Below, piece after piece: positions 48,185 to 60,951 of a stretch of DNA of 64,000 nt. A model generated the notes under the pieces. It made no database searches and had not been told where the DNA came from. It saw nothing but the letters and a program-made list of their open reading frames with translations. Position numbers and translations under genes: made by a program. Every line of letters begins with the position of its first letter. Within the stretch, counting starts at the first letter, position 1. The stretch is from Paecilomyces variotii (lineage: Eukaryota), in the NCBI GenBank assembly GCA_004022145.1, contig RCNU01000002.1; one strand, written 5' to 3'.

Positions 48185-49298
48185 GGTGACCTTGGACGGG
48201 GTACTGCCCGATCCACTGGACTTTGGAATTAAGGCCCGGAATTAGAAGATCGAAATTCCTGAGTTGAGTACGCAATGTCTGGCGTACGATCTGCAGATTG
48301 GTATCAGAGGAAGAATAAAGGTGGTGTGCAGCCTACCCCAAGGAAGAGGAGAGCGCGGGGGAAGGATGTAGTATAGAGAGCGTAGCTGTCGTTGCCTCGT
48401 GTCCGCCCGGTCGTTCTGGAGTCGCGGCAAGTGGGAGCGCCAAGCCGCGTCATGTGCTCCGCTCTGCTTTGGCGGAGATCGACCAACTATTATTTAGTAG
48501 AGTCTCAGAGAGTCGAACAGCACTTTTGATGGAGAATCTTCGTGGTCTCTGATTCACAGGCATTGGGATATCCAGGATTCAAAGCAGGACTAGCGGATGG
48601 TGGTTTCCCCCTGCAATCCGCCATGGCTCCTTGAGGAAGAAATCTGAATGTAAGATGAAGGGAAGGTGCACCAACGTCTTCTCAATCTTCATCACTCTCC
48701 CCAACCCGCTGTGGCGATAGACTTGCTGTTCTACGCATCTCTATCTTTCAATCGAGCCCCTAAGTTTTCATATCCAGAGAATCTCTGGATAACTTTCTTT
48801 GTCCGCGGTTCTATTACCTGTAATGCCTTCGCGATATCATAACTAGTGTTACTTAAGGCTTATCATTCCCTTCTGCCTTCCTATATTCTTTAAGCCGGAA
48901 AAGAAAAAAGCCTAGCTGGTTCTTTTCATGCAACACTTTCTGTGAGCCCACGCAGCTGGTTTTGCCCACGACAACTGTCCTTGCAGGTCTTGAAGAATTC
49001 TCAAAGGTGAAACTGGCGGACTTCAACACAAAATGACAACGGGTATCCGTCTATGGTTGTGATTGTTTTGTCGACAGACCGTTTCTGTCAAACCTCGACT
49101 CACTTCAGCGGTGCCCACCTAATGCAGGTCTTTCGTCTGCTTTGAACTCACGCCCCTCGCACTTCTCCTAGCTGCTGCAGCTGATGCTGCCTCGACCACA
49201 GGGATCTATCTCCTGCTTGAATCAACATAGCAACAAGCCTGGCTTCCTGTGTCAGCTTAGCACCTGTCCTTCACAACAGCATCAGGATAATACGAAAC

Positions 49299-51280
49299 AT
49301 GACACCCCGCCATAGAGAGGGGGGCGATATTGCTGCAATATTCGTGCATGCAGGAGCAGGATACCACAGCGTCCAGAATGAAAAGATCCACCTGGAAGCC
49401 TGCAATGAGTGAGTAACTCCCTAAATTGGATATTTGTTAGAGAGTTACATGTCTTCACCCTCCACACTGTCTTGTTGATGTTCTACGGATCTTATCTGAC
49501 ACCCAACAGGGCGGCTAGGGTTGCCATGACACTGCTCAAGAACGGTGGCTCAGCAGTCGACGCCGTAGAAATGGCCATTGCGTTGATGGAGGACCATGAA
49601 ATCACAAATGCAGGTTATGGCAGTAATCTGACCGTCGATGGTACTGTCGAGTGTGATGCTACCGTCGTCGATCACCTCGGGCGTAGTGGTGCTGTTGGCG
49701 CTGTCTCCCGTGAGTGTCTCTGTCATTTCTGTCCGCGAGCTTCTGAGGACCTCCTTCTGAACAATTACAGAGATAAAGAACCCGATATCCCTAGCACGTA
49801 AAATCCTTGATGCTTCGACGAAGCCCCTCTCCTTGCACAGAGTTCCCCCGAATCTTCTTGTCGGCCCCGGGGCTACAGATTTTGCCTACGATAATGGCAT
49901 ACACGTGCTCCCTCCCGACTTCCTGGTTTCTGATCCTGCTAGGGAACGCTGGCGTCGCTGGAGACAAGATCTGCAGGCTGCTGATCGTCAAGCAATGGTA
50001 GAGTTGGAAGAACGGATGGAGCTCGAGTGCCAGGATAATCCATATATGATTTCCGATTACCCTGGCATTATACGTGCAACCCAGGTTATGTCGCCGCCTT
50101 CTAGTGTTGAGCCTAACCTGGCAGTTGATGCCACCGCCAGTCCAAACGCAGCCAGGGTTAATAGGGGTACCGCGATTGAGGACGGCGCCAATACTTCCTA
50201 TGGTATTGATCAGGACCAGCACATCGACTCCATGGAATATGAGCACTACCAAGAGCCGCAGGACGACGTCGACAATGCCTTCTCTTGGGAACAGCACCCT
50301 TCCAACTTTTTGAGGGATTCTGACGGCTACTCTGGCCACGATGGTCGACTGACATCGGCCGCAACGCTGCCTGTCCGCCTGCACCACGCTGAACACGCTG
50401 AAGTGACCCCAGGAGAAGATGCGCAGAGTGGAATATCTTCCCCTACGCCGCACAGAAAGTCTCTCGTGGAAGACTACAATGGACATAAAGTGGATAACAT
50501 CACCGATACCGTTGGTGCCATTGCTGTGGACTGTTATGGAAATATTGCAGCAGCCTCATCTTCCGGTGGCATTGGGATGAAGCATCGCGGCAGAGTCGGA
50601 CCTGCAGCTCTGGTGGGGATTGGTACTGCCGTTATTCCTGCGGATCAGGAGGATCCTGACAGGGTGTCTGTCGCTACTGTTACATCTGGGACTGGCGAAC
50701 ATATGGCAACGACAATGGCCGCCAGCACTTGCGCATCACGCATTTACTACAGCCAAAGGAAGGGCGAGGGCGGCACGTTCGAAGAGGTCACTGAGGACGA
50801 GGCCATGAAAGCAATGATTGAAAAGGATTTCATGGGTATGTTCTTGCATGCATCGAAACTGATATTGGAGTCTATGCCTAAACACAGTCTATACAGATCA
50901 TGTTGGCGTGAAGAATAGTCACTGCCAAGCCGCCATTGGTATCATGGCAGTCAAAAAGACCAAAGACGGCGTCTTTCTCTTTTTCGGTCACAATACTGAT
51001 TCTTTCGTGAGTATGGCTATCTCATAGGAGTAATTCTGAGCTAAACATTGCACAGGCCCTGGCCTCCATGAGCTCCGAGGAGAGAAAGCCAGTTTGTGTC
51101 ATGTCGCGCAGCAATGGGAACGGAAGCATCGCTCAAGGAGGTCGTGCTTACAGACACAGAAGGTACGTTGGTATTAAGAAGTACCTCGATCAGAAGCAAC
51201 CGTGCATCACAATTGGGCGAGATAGCTGACCGCAATGCTGCAGATACAGAGTTAGACACTTCCCAATTGGGGAGTTCTAG
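49299..51280 (+). CDS. Threonine aspartase (taspase-1-like, Ntn-hydrolase/asparaginase-2 family)
   Basis: IFVHAGAG, TNAGYGSNL, VECDA, D|TVGAIAVD, SSGGIGMKHRGRVGPAA and TSGTGE motifs. Multi-exon; the last exon and stop position are uncertain. Confidence 0.88.
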
Positions 51281-51783
51281 ACTAGTCTTCTTATTTGCGC
51301 CAACACGTAGTATGCGGGTTTTGCATTCAGTTTGCTCACTGACGGAGGCGTTCGTATTCCCGGTTGTTCCATTTCCGCCCCTGCATTGATACCAGAGCGG
51401 TTTGGAGATCGAAGTCCATAGCGAATCCCGCTCCATGCGGCCGTTGTTGATGACTGCGCCTCGCATTGGCAGTTTGTGTCCACATACCAGGTAGCGCCTA
51501 TCGTGTTTTCCGTACGTCCAGTAGCAGACGGCTCCAGGTATCACGAGAGGTATTTGGCTTGATAGGAAAATAGGACAGTTCAAAACATTCACCTGTGCTT
51601 GTAGATTGCATGTCATTGCTCTGTGCTTTCAAGGTAATAGGCGGTGATGCTTTTTTTGTCGGGACATATGGCCTCTTCTTGGGACAGTTTAATTACCCTC
51701 CCATGTCACCGTCAAGTCATAGTGGAGGGACATACTGGTATGGTATGGTCAGAGTCCATAAAGCATGGATATCATGGAAAGAC

Positions 51784-53047
51784 TCATTGGCCAGGCGTAG
51801 CTCCTGGCGTGGGCGTGCTTGCACCGGGAGTGCCATTTGCGCGAGTCTTCTTTTTCTTTTTCTTACGTGCAACCACCGCAGGCTTAGCACCGTAGTCACC
51901 CAACTCAAGATGAGTGCCACAGGTCAGACAATCACCATTCTCGGGCGGTTCACAGAAAATACTGAGGCAAATAGAACAAACGAAGCCTACGTCCACGACA
52001 CGACGATGGCAGAAACATGCAGCACGGAAATCGACGTCTACGCGTGATGGAAGCACCAGATGATACCGAGACCGTTGGTCAGGCAAGAATGCCATCATCA
52101 AATACTGGAGCAAACCGCGCGGCTCTGTCAATGACATATACACGCCTTTCGTCGCATCTGAAGCTTGCTGCAAGAAGACAGCATCGCCGCTGAGCTTGCA
52201 GACATCGATTGGAACGTGAAGCCGCTGGCACGCGAAGATAGCGTTCATGATAGGAATGTACTGGTGCGCAGAACCTGTAGAGCTGCTGACTGAGATAATC
52301 AGAATCCTCGACTGCAGTCCGGTGGCACTGTTCCCTGATGCCGACGTGCCGCTGCCATTCCCCCCCGGTACGAGCTCTGCTGATGTTGCCGTCGAGGCAT
52401 CGAGCTTCGCCGCGCCGTGAGCTTCGGCCCATGCAAGAGTCTGACGATTGATATGGGTGAGCGCCAATGTAAGAGCACCCGCCATCATGGTGGAGGTCGT
52501 CGAGCTCACATCAGATGCACTGGTCGTCGCGAGCAACTCCTCGAGGTTTCGTGTGACCTGCTCCTCGACAACACGAAACGGTCGATACTTGTTGGCTTCC
52601 GCGGCCGAGCGGGAACTGGAGCCATCTTCCAAACCACCATTCATGACAATGTCTCCGTCTGCGTCAGCGGATATCTTGGCCTGCTGCCCGTGGGACGGGT
52701 AGAGCCAAGCCGCTTGCTGGCTGTGTGAAGCGACAACGGCGACCTCATTTGCATAATTGCAGGCGAGATGTGCATTAATGAACACAAGAATGTTTGCCAC
52801 TGCTTTCGAGAGAGGCAGTGTATCTTCTAGGAGGGCCCAGGCATGGGGGTTGGTGTCGAGGACGATCGTCAACAGGGACGGAGCAGGCTCTAGAAACCGA
52901 TGCTATCAGTCAAGTGTCTGAAAGAGCTTGGCAAAGTAGCAGATCGCGATGATCTCGAATAATCACAAGACCCCAGTAGGTAGAGGACACGGAAAACTAA
53001 CCGTTTGCGCCTGTCGCATAGTGCTCCGATGCGTCCACGGCATTCAT
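51784..53047 (-). CDS. tfb4: TFIIH subunit Tfb4 (p34)
   Basis: PSLLTIVLDTNP, QYIPIMNAIFACQ, FLQQASDATKG and C4 finger DFRAACFCH...FVCSICLSIFC; intron 53001-52890. Confidence 0.95.
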
Positions 53048-53384
53048 GGTGGAATCGATGAAGTGGGAAGAAAAGATAGCATCCTGGGGAGGCGCGGAAT
53101 GGAGGTTCAGGTAGAACCGACTCTGGCACTATCAAGTGCTGTGTCACTTCCCCTAGATTAGTATCCTTGGCACGAATCCACCTCCTCCTCGCGTCCAAGC
53201 CTTGAGGGACGTGGGAGTAGTGAGGCTCAGATATAGTTAGCAGTAAAATTAGAATAATATGCCCTGTACGCGATCCCAGAGCTTCACTTTTTGGCGCTGA
53301 TCAGCGGAAGCGGAGATCTCGTCACGGGAGCGCGCTATTGACACCAAAGCACGTGATGCAATGGACGATCAATGTGAATGAAAG

Positions 53385-53420
<36 letters not shown>
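53385..53420. repeat. (AATC)9 microsatellite
   Basis: Perfect aatc tandem array upstream of tfb4. Confidence 0.95.
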
Positions 53421-53421
<1 letters not shown>

Positions 53422-54661
53422 GCGCGATCAACGAGGATCATCGCCATGTTGTATTACCCGGAACTTTTTGGCCGCCAATCTGTGCTCCAGCAGACAGGGA
53501 GGTTGGAACCCAGATCTCAGATCCCAGCTGTCATCCGAACTCCACCAACATTCTCAGATCGAGGCGTGGGCGGATAAATAGCAATATGTAGTACGCAGTA
53601 GTAGATATAGAAGGTTTAGAATGAGCTTAGATAACTAAGTGCTACATCCGGGGTTTCTGGAGAGTCTAGACTCCACGACAGAAATCCCAACCCCTGGCAT
53701 GGACGCAGACTATATCTGAAATCCGTTGAGCAACTCTTGGTCGTTACTTGGCATCCCTTACGGTTGTCGTTCTCTGGAATGGTTCATGTCGATTGTTGGA
53801 CGATGTGCTACGGATCTCCTTTGTCTTGGAAACGTGATAGCGTCCGTTGTCGTGGTTGGCGCGTGTTGGTTCACCGATGGTATCAGTGGATATAACTAGT
53901 TATCCCGTATAGTTGGGACCTGGTGGTATTATTCAGATACGGACGGAGGACGATGGACCGAGTCAGATAAGCGTGCAGTTGGGTGGAGAGCATTGAGATT
54001 GTCGATGGCTTCTCTTCTCTTCTCTTTAAGAATAATATTGCCAATATTGCCAATATCGCCAAGTAATTATGTAGACTAGACGATTGTCTCAGAAGAGCCT
54101 GTGATCCGCGCAGCATCATTCTTCGAGAAGTCTTGGGAGGTTGATGCTGAGATCGCGGTAACTATGTACTCCGTATATATGTACATTCTGTACTTAAAGA
54201 GTACCTCGAGTCCTCGACTAATTCATTCATTCATTCATTAATAGATTAACTTACTGATCCCAACGTGCTCCGTGCGTTAGTTATCGGCCGCTCTTTGGAG
54301 GGGCAGCGTATTAGTTAAGTCTCCGCAGCCGAAAGGAACCAAAGAGGCAAAGGAAAAAGAGAAGAAACGCCCCCATTTCCGTGTGTTCAGCATCGCATCA
54401 TCTCAATCCTAGTCGTCTGGTTCTTTCTCATGATTACACGCTGGCCTTGTGTCTGCCTGGTCCGACACTCCGGCGGTTAGATTCGCGGTGCTTTCACTGC
54501 TTTGCTTGGTCGCGCCTCTAGAGCCCCTCCGAACTCTTTGGTCTCCCGCTCATCTTGGACTCTCCAGCCCATAAAGACAAGCTACGCGCCGTCCCCTCGT
54601 TTCCCAGTCTCTCAGCTTACCGTCAACTTTTGCAACAATCTTTTGTCTCTTTTCCAACTTC

Positions 54662-57269
54662 ATGTTGGAAATGGCCCAGATAAGGGACCAAGAACATGCT
54701 GCGTACCTGGCGCGGGAAGCTGTTAAGTCGATAGATGCGGGTAAGCGTGAGGTCAGTAACAAATCGCCCTTTTGACTCTTCTTTTTTTTTTTCTTTTCTT
54801 GCGTCAGTCAGTCATGCTAACACCCCGCGTTTTGTATAGGTTGCCTCGCAATACATTCGCCAAGCTATTGCGATAGCTCCAGAAAACCCGGAGGTGAAAT
54901 CCTCCTTTCTTCGAGTGAGAGAGGACGAAGAGAATGGCCATCCGCTACTAGACCTCTGTCGCCGCTACACTACACAGAAAGATGAAGATGCGGGAAAGGA
55001 AGCCGGTCGTTATCTCCGCACAGACGGACTTAAGCCCCCAGAGAACACGGCACTCGAGTGTCTGAAACTCATCTTGGCGGAGAAGCCTGGAGATTTGTCT
55101 TCTGCACAAGATGAGATCATATCCGGTCTGGTGCGACAAAGTATCAATGTGCGGCGCTTCTTTGCGAGTGAGCTCCAGATCTCCGTGACTGCGTTTTTCG
55201 ACGCCATCTACGATAGAGGAGATGGGGCCGCTGTCTGTTTAGATACGATCGTGTTGGATCCGACGCTCTGGAAGACCGAAGATTCCCGGTCGCATGCCGA
55301 GAGTGAACTCTTCCAGCTCTTCATTGCCAAGCTGATGGAGTCGGGCCATGATCTCGATGGACGCTCTCTGAAAGGGATCGCGCGGCTGCTGGCTGTCGAT
55401 GCAGAGAGGCTACAGCACCTAGTGGATGACGAGGAGTTGGATGTGATCATTACCTCGCTCGATAATAGACTTCCGCTTGAAATACGAAGCCAGGCTACAT
55501 TGTCTGTGGCCAAATATCTCGAGGCATCCAAGGATGTTGGCCAGAAGCAGTTTTCCAAAATCATATCAGCCAAGGTGAAGAAGGGCCGCGCAGAAGACTT
55601 GATTATTGCCTTCTCAGCTGCCGCGGCCGTATTCCCCGTGGCACCCAATGCAATGGCTTCCCTCTTTCTCACAGAAGGCTTTTTGCAGTCCGCCGTGCCA
55701 CTGGTCTCTCGCCAGGTGAAAAGTCGTAGCGTGGAGATTGCAATGCTGGAGTTGTGCAACGCCGCCTGCATCGATCGAGCCTGTCGGGAGGCGATTTCGA
55801 AGCATTGTTCGGAGTGGCTCTCCCACACGCTCACCAACGGTAGCAGCGAGAGTTCTGATCTAGCGGCCGTCGTCCTGGCAAAGATCCGGGCTTCGGAACC
55901 GAGTGATCCTTCCAAATCGAATGGTAAGGCTCAGGGTGATGATAACAGCGTGCAGGAACTTGTCGATCGATTTAAGGGACTGATGTCTGAACCCAAGGTC
56001 GAGAACCCCCAGAACACGGTCGAAGGTCTGGCGTACTCCTCCGTCAAACCTAAGGTCAAAGAACAACTGGCTAAGGATTCTTCTTTTCTGAAGAACCTCT
56101 TTGGTTTGATCCGCCAAAACATTGGGGACACCTCGGTGGTATACGGCGGCTTGATGATTATATTCAATGTCACCAAATATCTCCCCAACATGTCTGAGGA
56201 ACAGAAGAAAATGTCCCAGCTCAAGGCTTATGCCAATGCTTCTGGGCCGTCGACAGGGCCGGATCCTCTCGATGACGAGGAGCATGTTACTGCACGCTGC
56301 AGCGCCGTGATCGAAGCCGGCATTGTGCCAGTACTTGTTGAGTGTACGAAAAACAACCTCGCCCAGACCTCTATCTCCGACTTGGTCAGCAAGATTCTCT
56401 TAGCTCTTTCCAAGAACCCAAAATCTCGCGGCAAGCTCGCACAGCAGGGTGCCGTCAAGCTGCTGCTTTCTATTCTGGCGCCTAAGAATGGAAATTCAGA
56501 TCCTGTCATGAATGAAACGACCCAAGCCGCAGCTCATGCTTTGGCCCGGATCTTGATTTCCGTTAACCCATCCCATGTCTTCCCGTCTTCCGGCCTTCCA
56601 CAGATCACGTCCGCTGTCCGGCCGCTGGTGATGTTGCTCAGTTCGCCAGAGAGTTCTGCCGATCAGCCACGCGACCTTCTGCCTGCCTTCGAAAGCCTCC
56701 TCGCTCTGACCAATCTCGCCTCATCCCCAGATCCCAGTGCAGCAGAGGCGATTGTGCGTCACGCTTGGTCTACACTGGAAGATCTGCTCTTGTCCAATTC
56801 TCCATATATCCAGCGAGCCGCCTGCGAGCTGGTTTGCAATCTGATGACCTGCGAGTCGGGAGTAGGCAAGTTTGCTGACGGTTCGAAGCGAGCCGCCCAG
56901 CGCCTCCACATACTGCTTGCTCTTACAGACGTAGAGGACGTTGCCACGCGGAAAGCTGCCGGAGGCGCCCTGGCCATGCTGACCGAATTTGATGCCGCTG
57001 TGGCAGCTGTCCTCGATCGACCGCGCGGCGTCAACCTCCTGCTGGGGTTGTGCCAGGAAGAAGATGACGGGCTTGTCCACCGGGGCATCGCCTGCATCCG
57101 CAATCTAACGTGCGCGTCAGGCGATATCGGGGTCCGCGGGAGAGAGGCAGTCAGACGGAGCGGAGGGATCGACACTTTGAAGGGCTGTCTCAGGCGGACC
57201 ACCAACCCGGCGGTGCTGCAGGCCGGGGTTGAGGCGCTGAAGCCGTTGGTCGAGCAGAATGCGGGGTAG
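54662..57269 (+). CDS. she4: UCS-domain myosin chaperone (She4/CRO1/Rng3)
   Basis: ARM/UCS motifs VEGLAYSSVKPKVKE, RGKLAQQGAVK, ALARILISVNP and FESLLALTNLAS. Intron 54752-54839; start at ATG 54662 or 54671. Confidence 0.9.
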
Positions 57270-57772
57270 ACAAGGGAGATAACCTAGAAACTTGACCTCG
57301 TCAAGCCCGAAACCTTCTGTTGACCGCAATGGCGGAGATCTCGTCGCTCGTCCCCTTTCCGCTTTTCCCATTAGAATTTTCCTTTTGCCCAAGGGGATAC
57401 GGGAATTGTGGGATATGGGGCATCTATAAGGACATTCCTGAGGTTGTGTCTCTCCGAATGCACCGGACGCATGCCACCAATACAACTGGCCTGGGCTGGG
57501 CTCATCGCTAATGACACATCCATCCATCCATCCATTCGACTCTTGTGCAACTTTTTTCTTTCTTTGTTTATATTCATTTCTTATTTCACGGGAGCATCGC
57601 TTACGGCGGCGTAGAAAGGAGGGGAATTACCAGGTCAACCGGGGGTTCTATATGATTTTATTTTGCTTTTTTTTATCTGCCATCGAGGGGATAGCTATAT
57701 GTGTCTTGTTGTCTTTTGATATTATTATTCGCTATCAACATTCTCTCTACTATGGCCCTTAGACCTGTTTTG

Positions 57773-57801
57773 TTTTTTTTTTTTTTTTTTTTTTTTTTTT
57801 T
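57773..57801. repeat. Poly(T) tract, 29 nt
   Basis: Homopolymer directly visible downstream of she4. Confidence 0.95.
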
Positions 57802-60800
57802 CGGCGGCAGTGAGAATTATCACATGACTTGATGATGGTCCAATTCGAGAAGATCTAGAATATATAATTGCTTTTTTTTCTCTTTTTTATGTTCTTTTCC
57901 GGGTGTTGATGTATTACAGGATTGGGTCGGGTTGGGTTGATTTAAATGGCTTCTTGTCGATTATTGTATTGTACAGTATAATCTCTGTTGAGCTCAGGCC
58001 CTTCTGAATCTCCCTGGCCATGGTTATTCTCTATGGCTGGTTACTGTAACGTGTCGTCAGCGGCACCTTCAACCCCGCGTCCCATGTCGGAGCAGACATT
58101 GAAACTTGTTCTCATATAAAAGTATCCTGGGAATGTTAATAATGTCAGGCGCACTGGTTTCAATTGTACCGGTCATCATGGTGAGTATCATCAATATTAT
58201 TATTGACTAGTGATGTCTTCACCCTTTTTCTGTTCCTCTCCATCCTCGGAAATACACTATGTTCGTCCTTGCAGGAGTCAAATGATCACTTGGTTTATAA
58301 ATAAGTAGTTATGGATCGGTGGAGTTTCTCGTGAGAGTGCTATTGGGTGCCGATACTACCCTGCCATTAGACTGTTGACATCAGTGGAGAAGGTGGTGGT
58401 CTCACGTGGTCATAATAATATTATTGCGGTGTGAGATAATAACTACTAGTTAAGTCCGGGTGGTTTAATAATAGTAATGGTGAGCAGGTGAAAAGGAGAG
58501 GAAGAGATAACTCCGCTATCTCTATCTGCTGAGTTGGTTGTCGTGTTGGTCGGAGAAAAGCTGTAAGGTTATCGATGGCATAATAATATGCATCAAGTTG
58601 TAGAAAAGACAAAACCAGGATGACCACGAATCCCAGTGGGCCGCAATTAACAACTTCGGTTATGATCAACCTGATGCTCCTTTGGGATACTTACATCAAG
58701 CTCGCATCTGCTTCCCGCGGGTCATTCGTTCCTTTAGAATCACCGTCCAACAAGCGGTGTCTTCCAGGAACATTATTATTGATGGAGTAGGTCTAAAGAA
58801 GCGAGCTCTTGTCTGCTTGAATGTTGAGACGAGACGAGATGGTCAGCCAATGGAAGAGGAGGAACTGACTGATCCGACGAATCAGATAACAGAGCATGTG
58901 CCGGTCGGCTAGAGTTAGCATACAGCATATCACCTCGTGATTAGATTTGTGATCTGTGAACGGACGTGGAAAATCGACCGATGCATTCTGCATTCTGCAT
59001 TCAGTGTTAGACTCCTCTAACTTAGTTCTGTTTTACAGGTAAATATGGTAGTACGGAGTAGTAGTAGGAGGGTCCTGTCAACTTGTCTGTGGAGAAGGCC
59101 CTGAGCTGTGTGGGTGTTCTATCTGGCTCGAACAGTCCAGATCTTCTGATAGAGAACCAGGGTAGATAGCTGGTCGGTCCCCATCAGCCCTCTTCGGCCC
59201 CGGACGGAGACAGATAATGTAAACGCGACTCCTAAACGGGGATATTGAGCCGAACTCATGGAGTTGAATACTAGACTATGGGGATTATTAGGATCAGATA
59301 GTTAACTAAATAATAATAGTAATTATAATAAGCAGAGGACATCACTGTACCCCCAACAAGGAGTCCTATGGTATACTGTGGCGGAAAGCCACGGGCAAGC
59401 CGGTCGGTCTGCGTCAGGAACGGCGCAACGCTTGAGAGAGCAGGGATCAGACCGGCGACGCTCGAATGAGACGGGCTTTGGGATACTTAAGAGGCGGTGA
59501 CTTGGAAGCTCGAATGCACGATCTATCTAGGGCGAAGACTATTAGTACAGCTCAACGAGTGATCGTTGTGGTCCGCGGTCAAAAAGTTATGGCCTTTCCA
59601 CTTGGTCTGCCCGTGAGCCTCCGGTCGTGCAGCTGGCGGATGGGTTATTGGTTTCATAGATACCTAGGTAGATGGTTAGTATGTATCGATTCGGAGGAGG
59701 ACTCAGTCGTCCTCAGGACTGGGAAGTTTGAACCTATTTAAAGACCGGGCTCTCTAAGCGCCTTTGGATGTATGAAACATATCTACATACATCCATAGCG
59801 GACTGCGCTGGCTGATCTACCTAAATTAATAATTATTATCCTTCCTTAGTTAGATCAGAAGCTTGCCACCATTTCGTATCTGGACAACGATTCCCTCTTG
59901 CCTGGTGGTCCCCGAGGTCAACGCAATCGCTGAGCGGTGACAGGCAAATCAGAGGCAGCAAGACAAGCACGCTGGGCGGTAATTCATCCCCCTTTTATCC
60001 TCAATCCTCCATTATGATATTATTCCTCCGTACTTTGCTGGTTGAGTGAATTAATTATCCCGACCTGCCATTGCGAGCACGCTCCAGCTCCTTGTGCTTG
60101 AGTTCTCCTTTCCCACTCGTCCACAAAGTCTCATTCGCGCAACGTTTAGACGCTCTCGCCACTGGTCGCCCGCGACCAAACTTTTCTCCCGATCTACTTA
60201 GTAAAGCAACCCACGGAAAAGAAAAAAAAGGACAGGGCTCTGGCCCTACGATGAGCGTAAGTGTTATCAAAGTAGGATTAATCAATTTATTCCTTCCCCA
60301 CAGAAAAGGATCAATCTGAAAAGGTGACGCCGGTCGGCCTGATTATCCAGTCCGGCGCATCGTAACTAACTACACTATCTAGTCGACTTTCTCCGCCGAG
60401 TACCACTCTAAGCTCCGCCTCTAGGCCGGTTTCTGAGCACTGAGCAGGTCTTACTGACGACTGAAATTTGAACGTGCAAGGGGAGCAACCATTAACAACT
60501 GCTCCTTGAGTCCCACTGGATCTTGCGCAGCTCCTCGACGCTGTTTCGACTCCGACAAGACCGAAGGGTGTCCGCAAGACCCGTCGATCACCTGCAAGCT
60601 CTCTCGGAGCTACATACATGGCGTCCGCGTACCTGGATCCTCAACCTTTCTTTTTGTTACATGCTCGTCTGCGCTTGTCGTCAGCGTAACCAACATCATT
60701 TTCTCCTACATCCGAGTCGCCTTAGGATTCTTCTCCTCATACTATTTTTTTTTTTCTCTCTTTCTAATCAGCATATACGCTTGGAAGAGGGTAGAGAGGC

Positions 60801-60951
60801 CTGTCGGAGTCACGGACGAAGGAAAACAGAATTAATATCTACGGCTGCTGGGAAACGAAGAAAAACTGCGGAGTTTTCTGTCCTTACGGAACGATTCCGG
60901 TGACGCTTTGCGCCAGAAAGCGTTCCTGTGAGGAACAAGTACGCGCCCATC

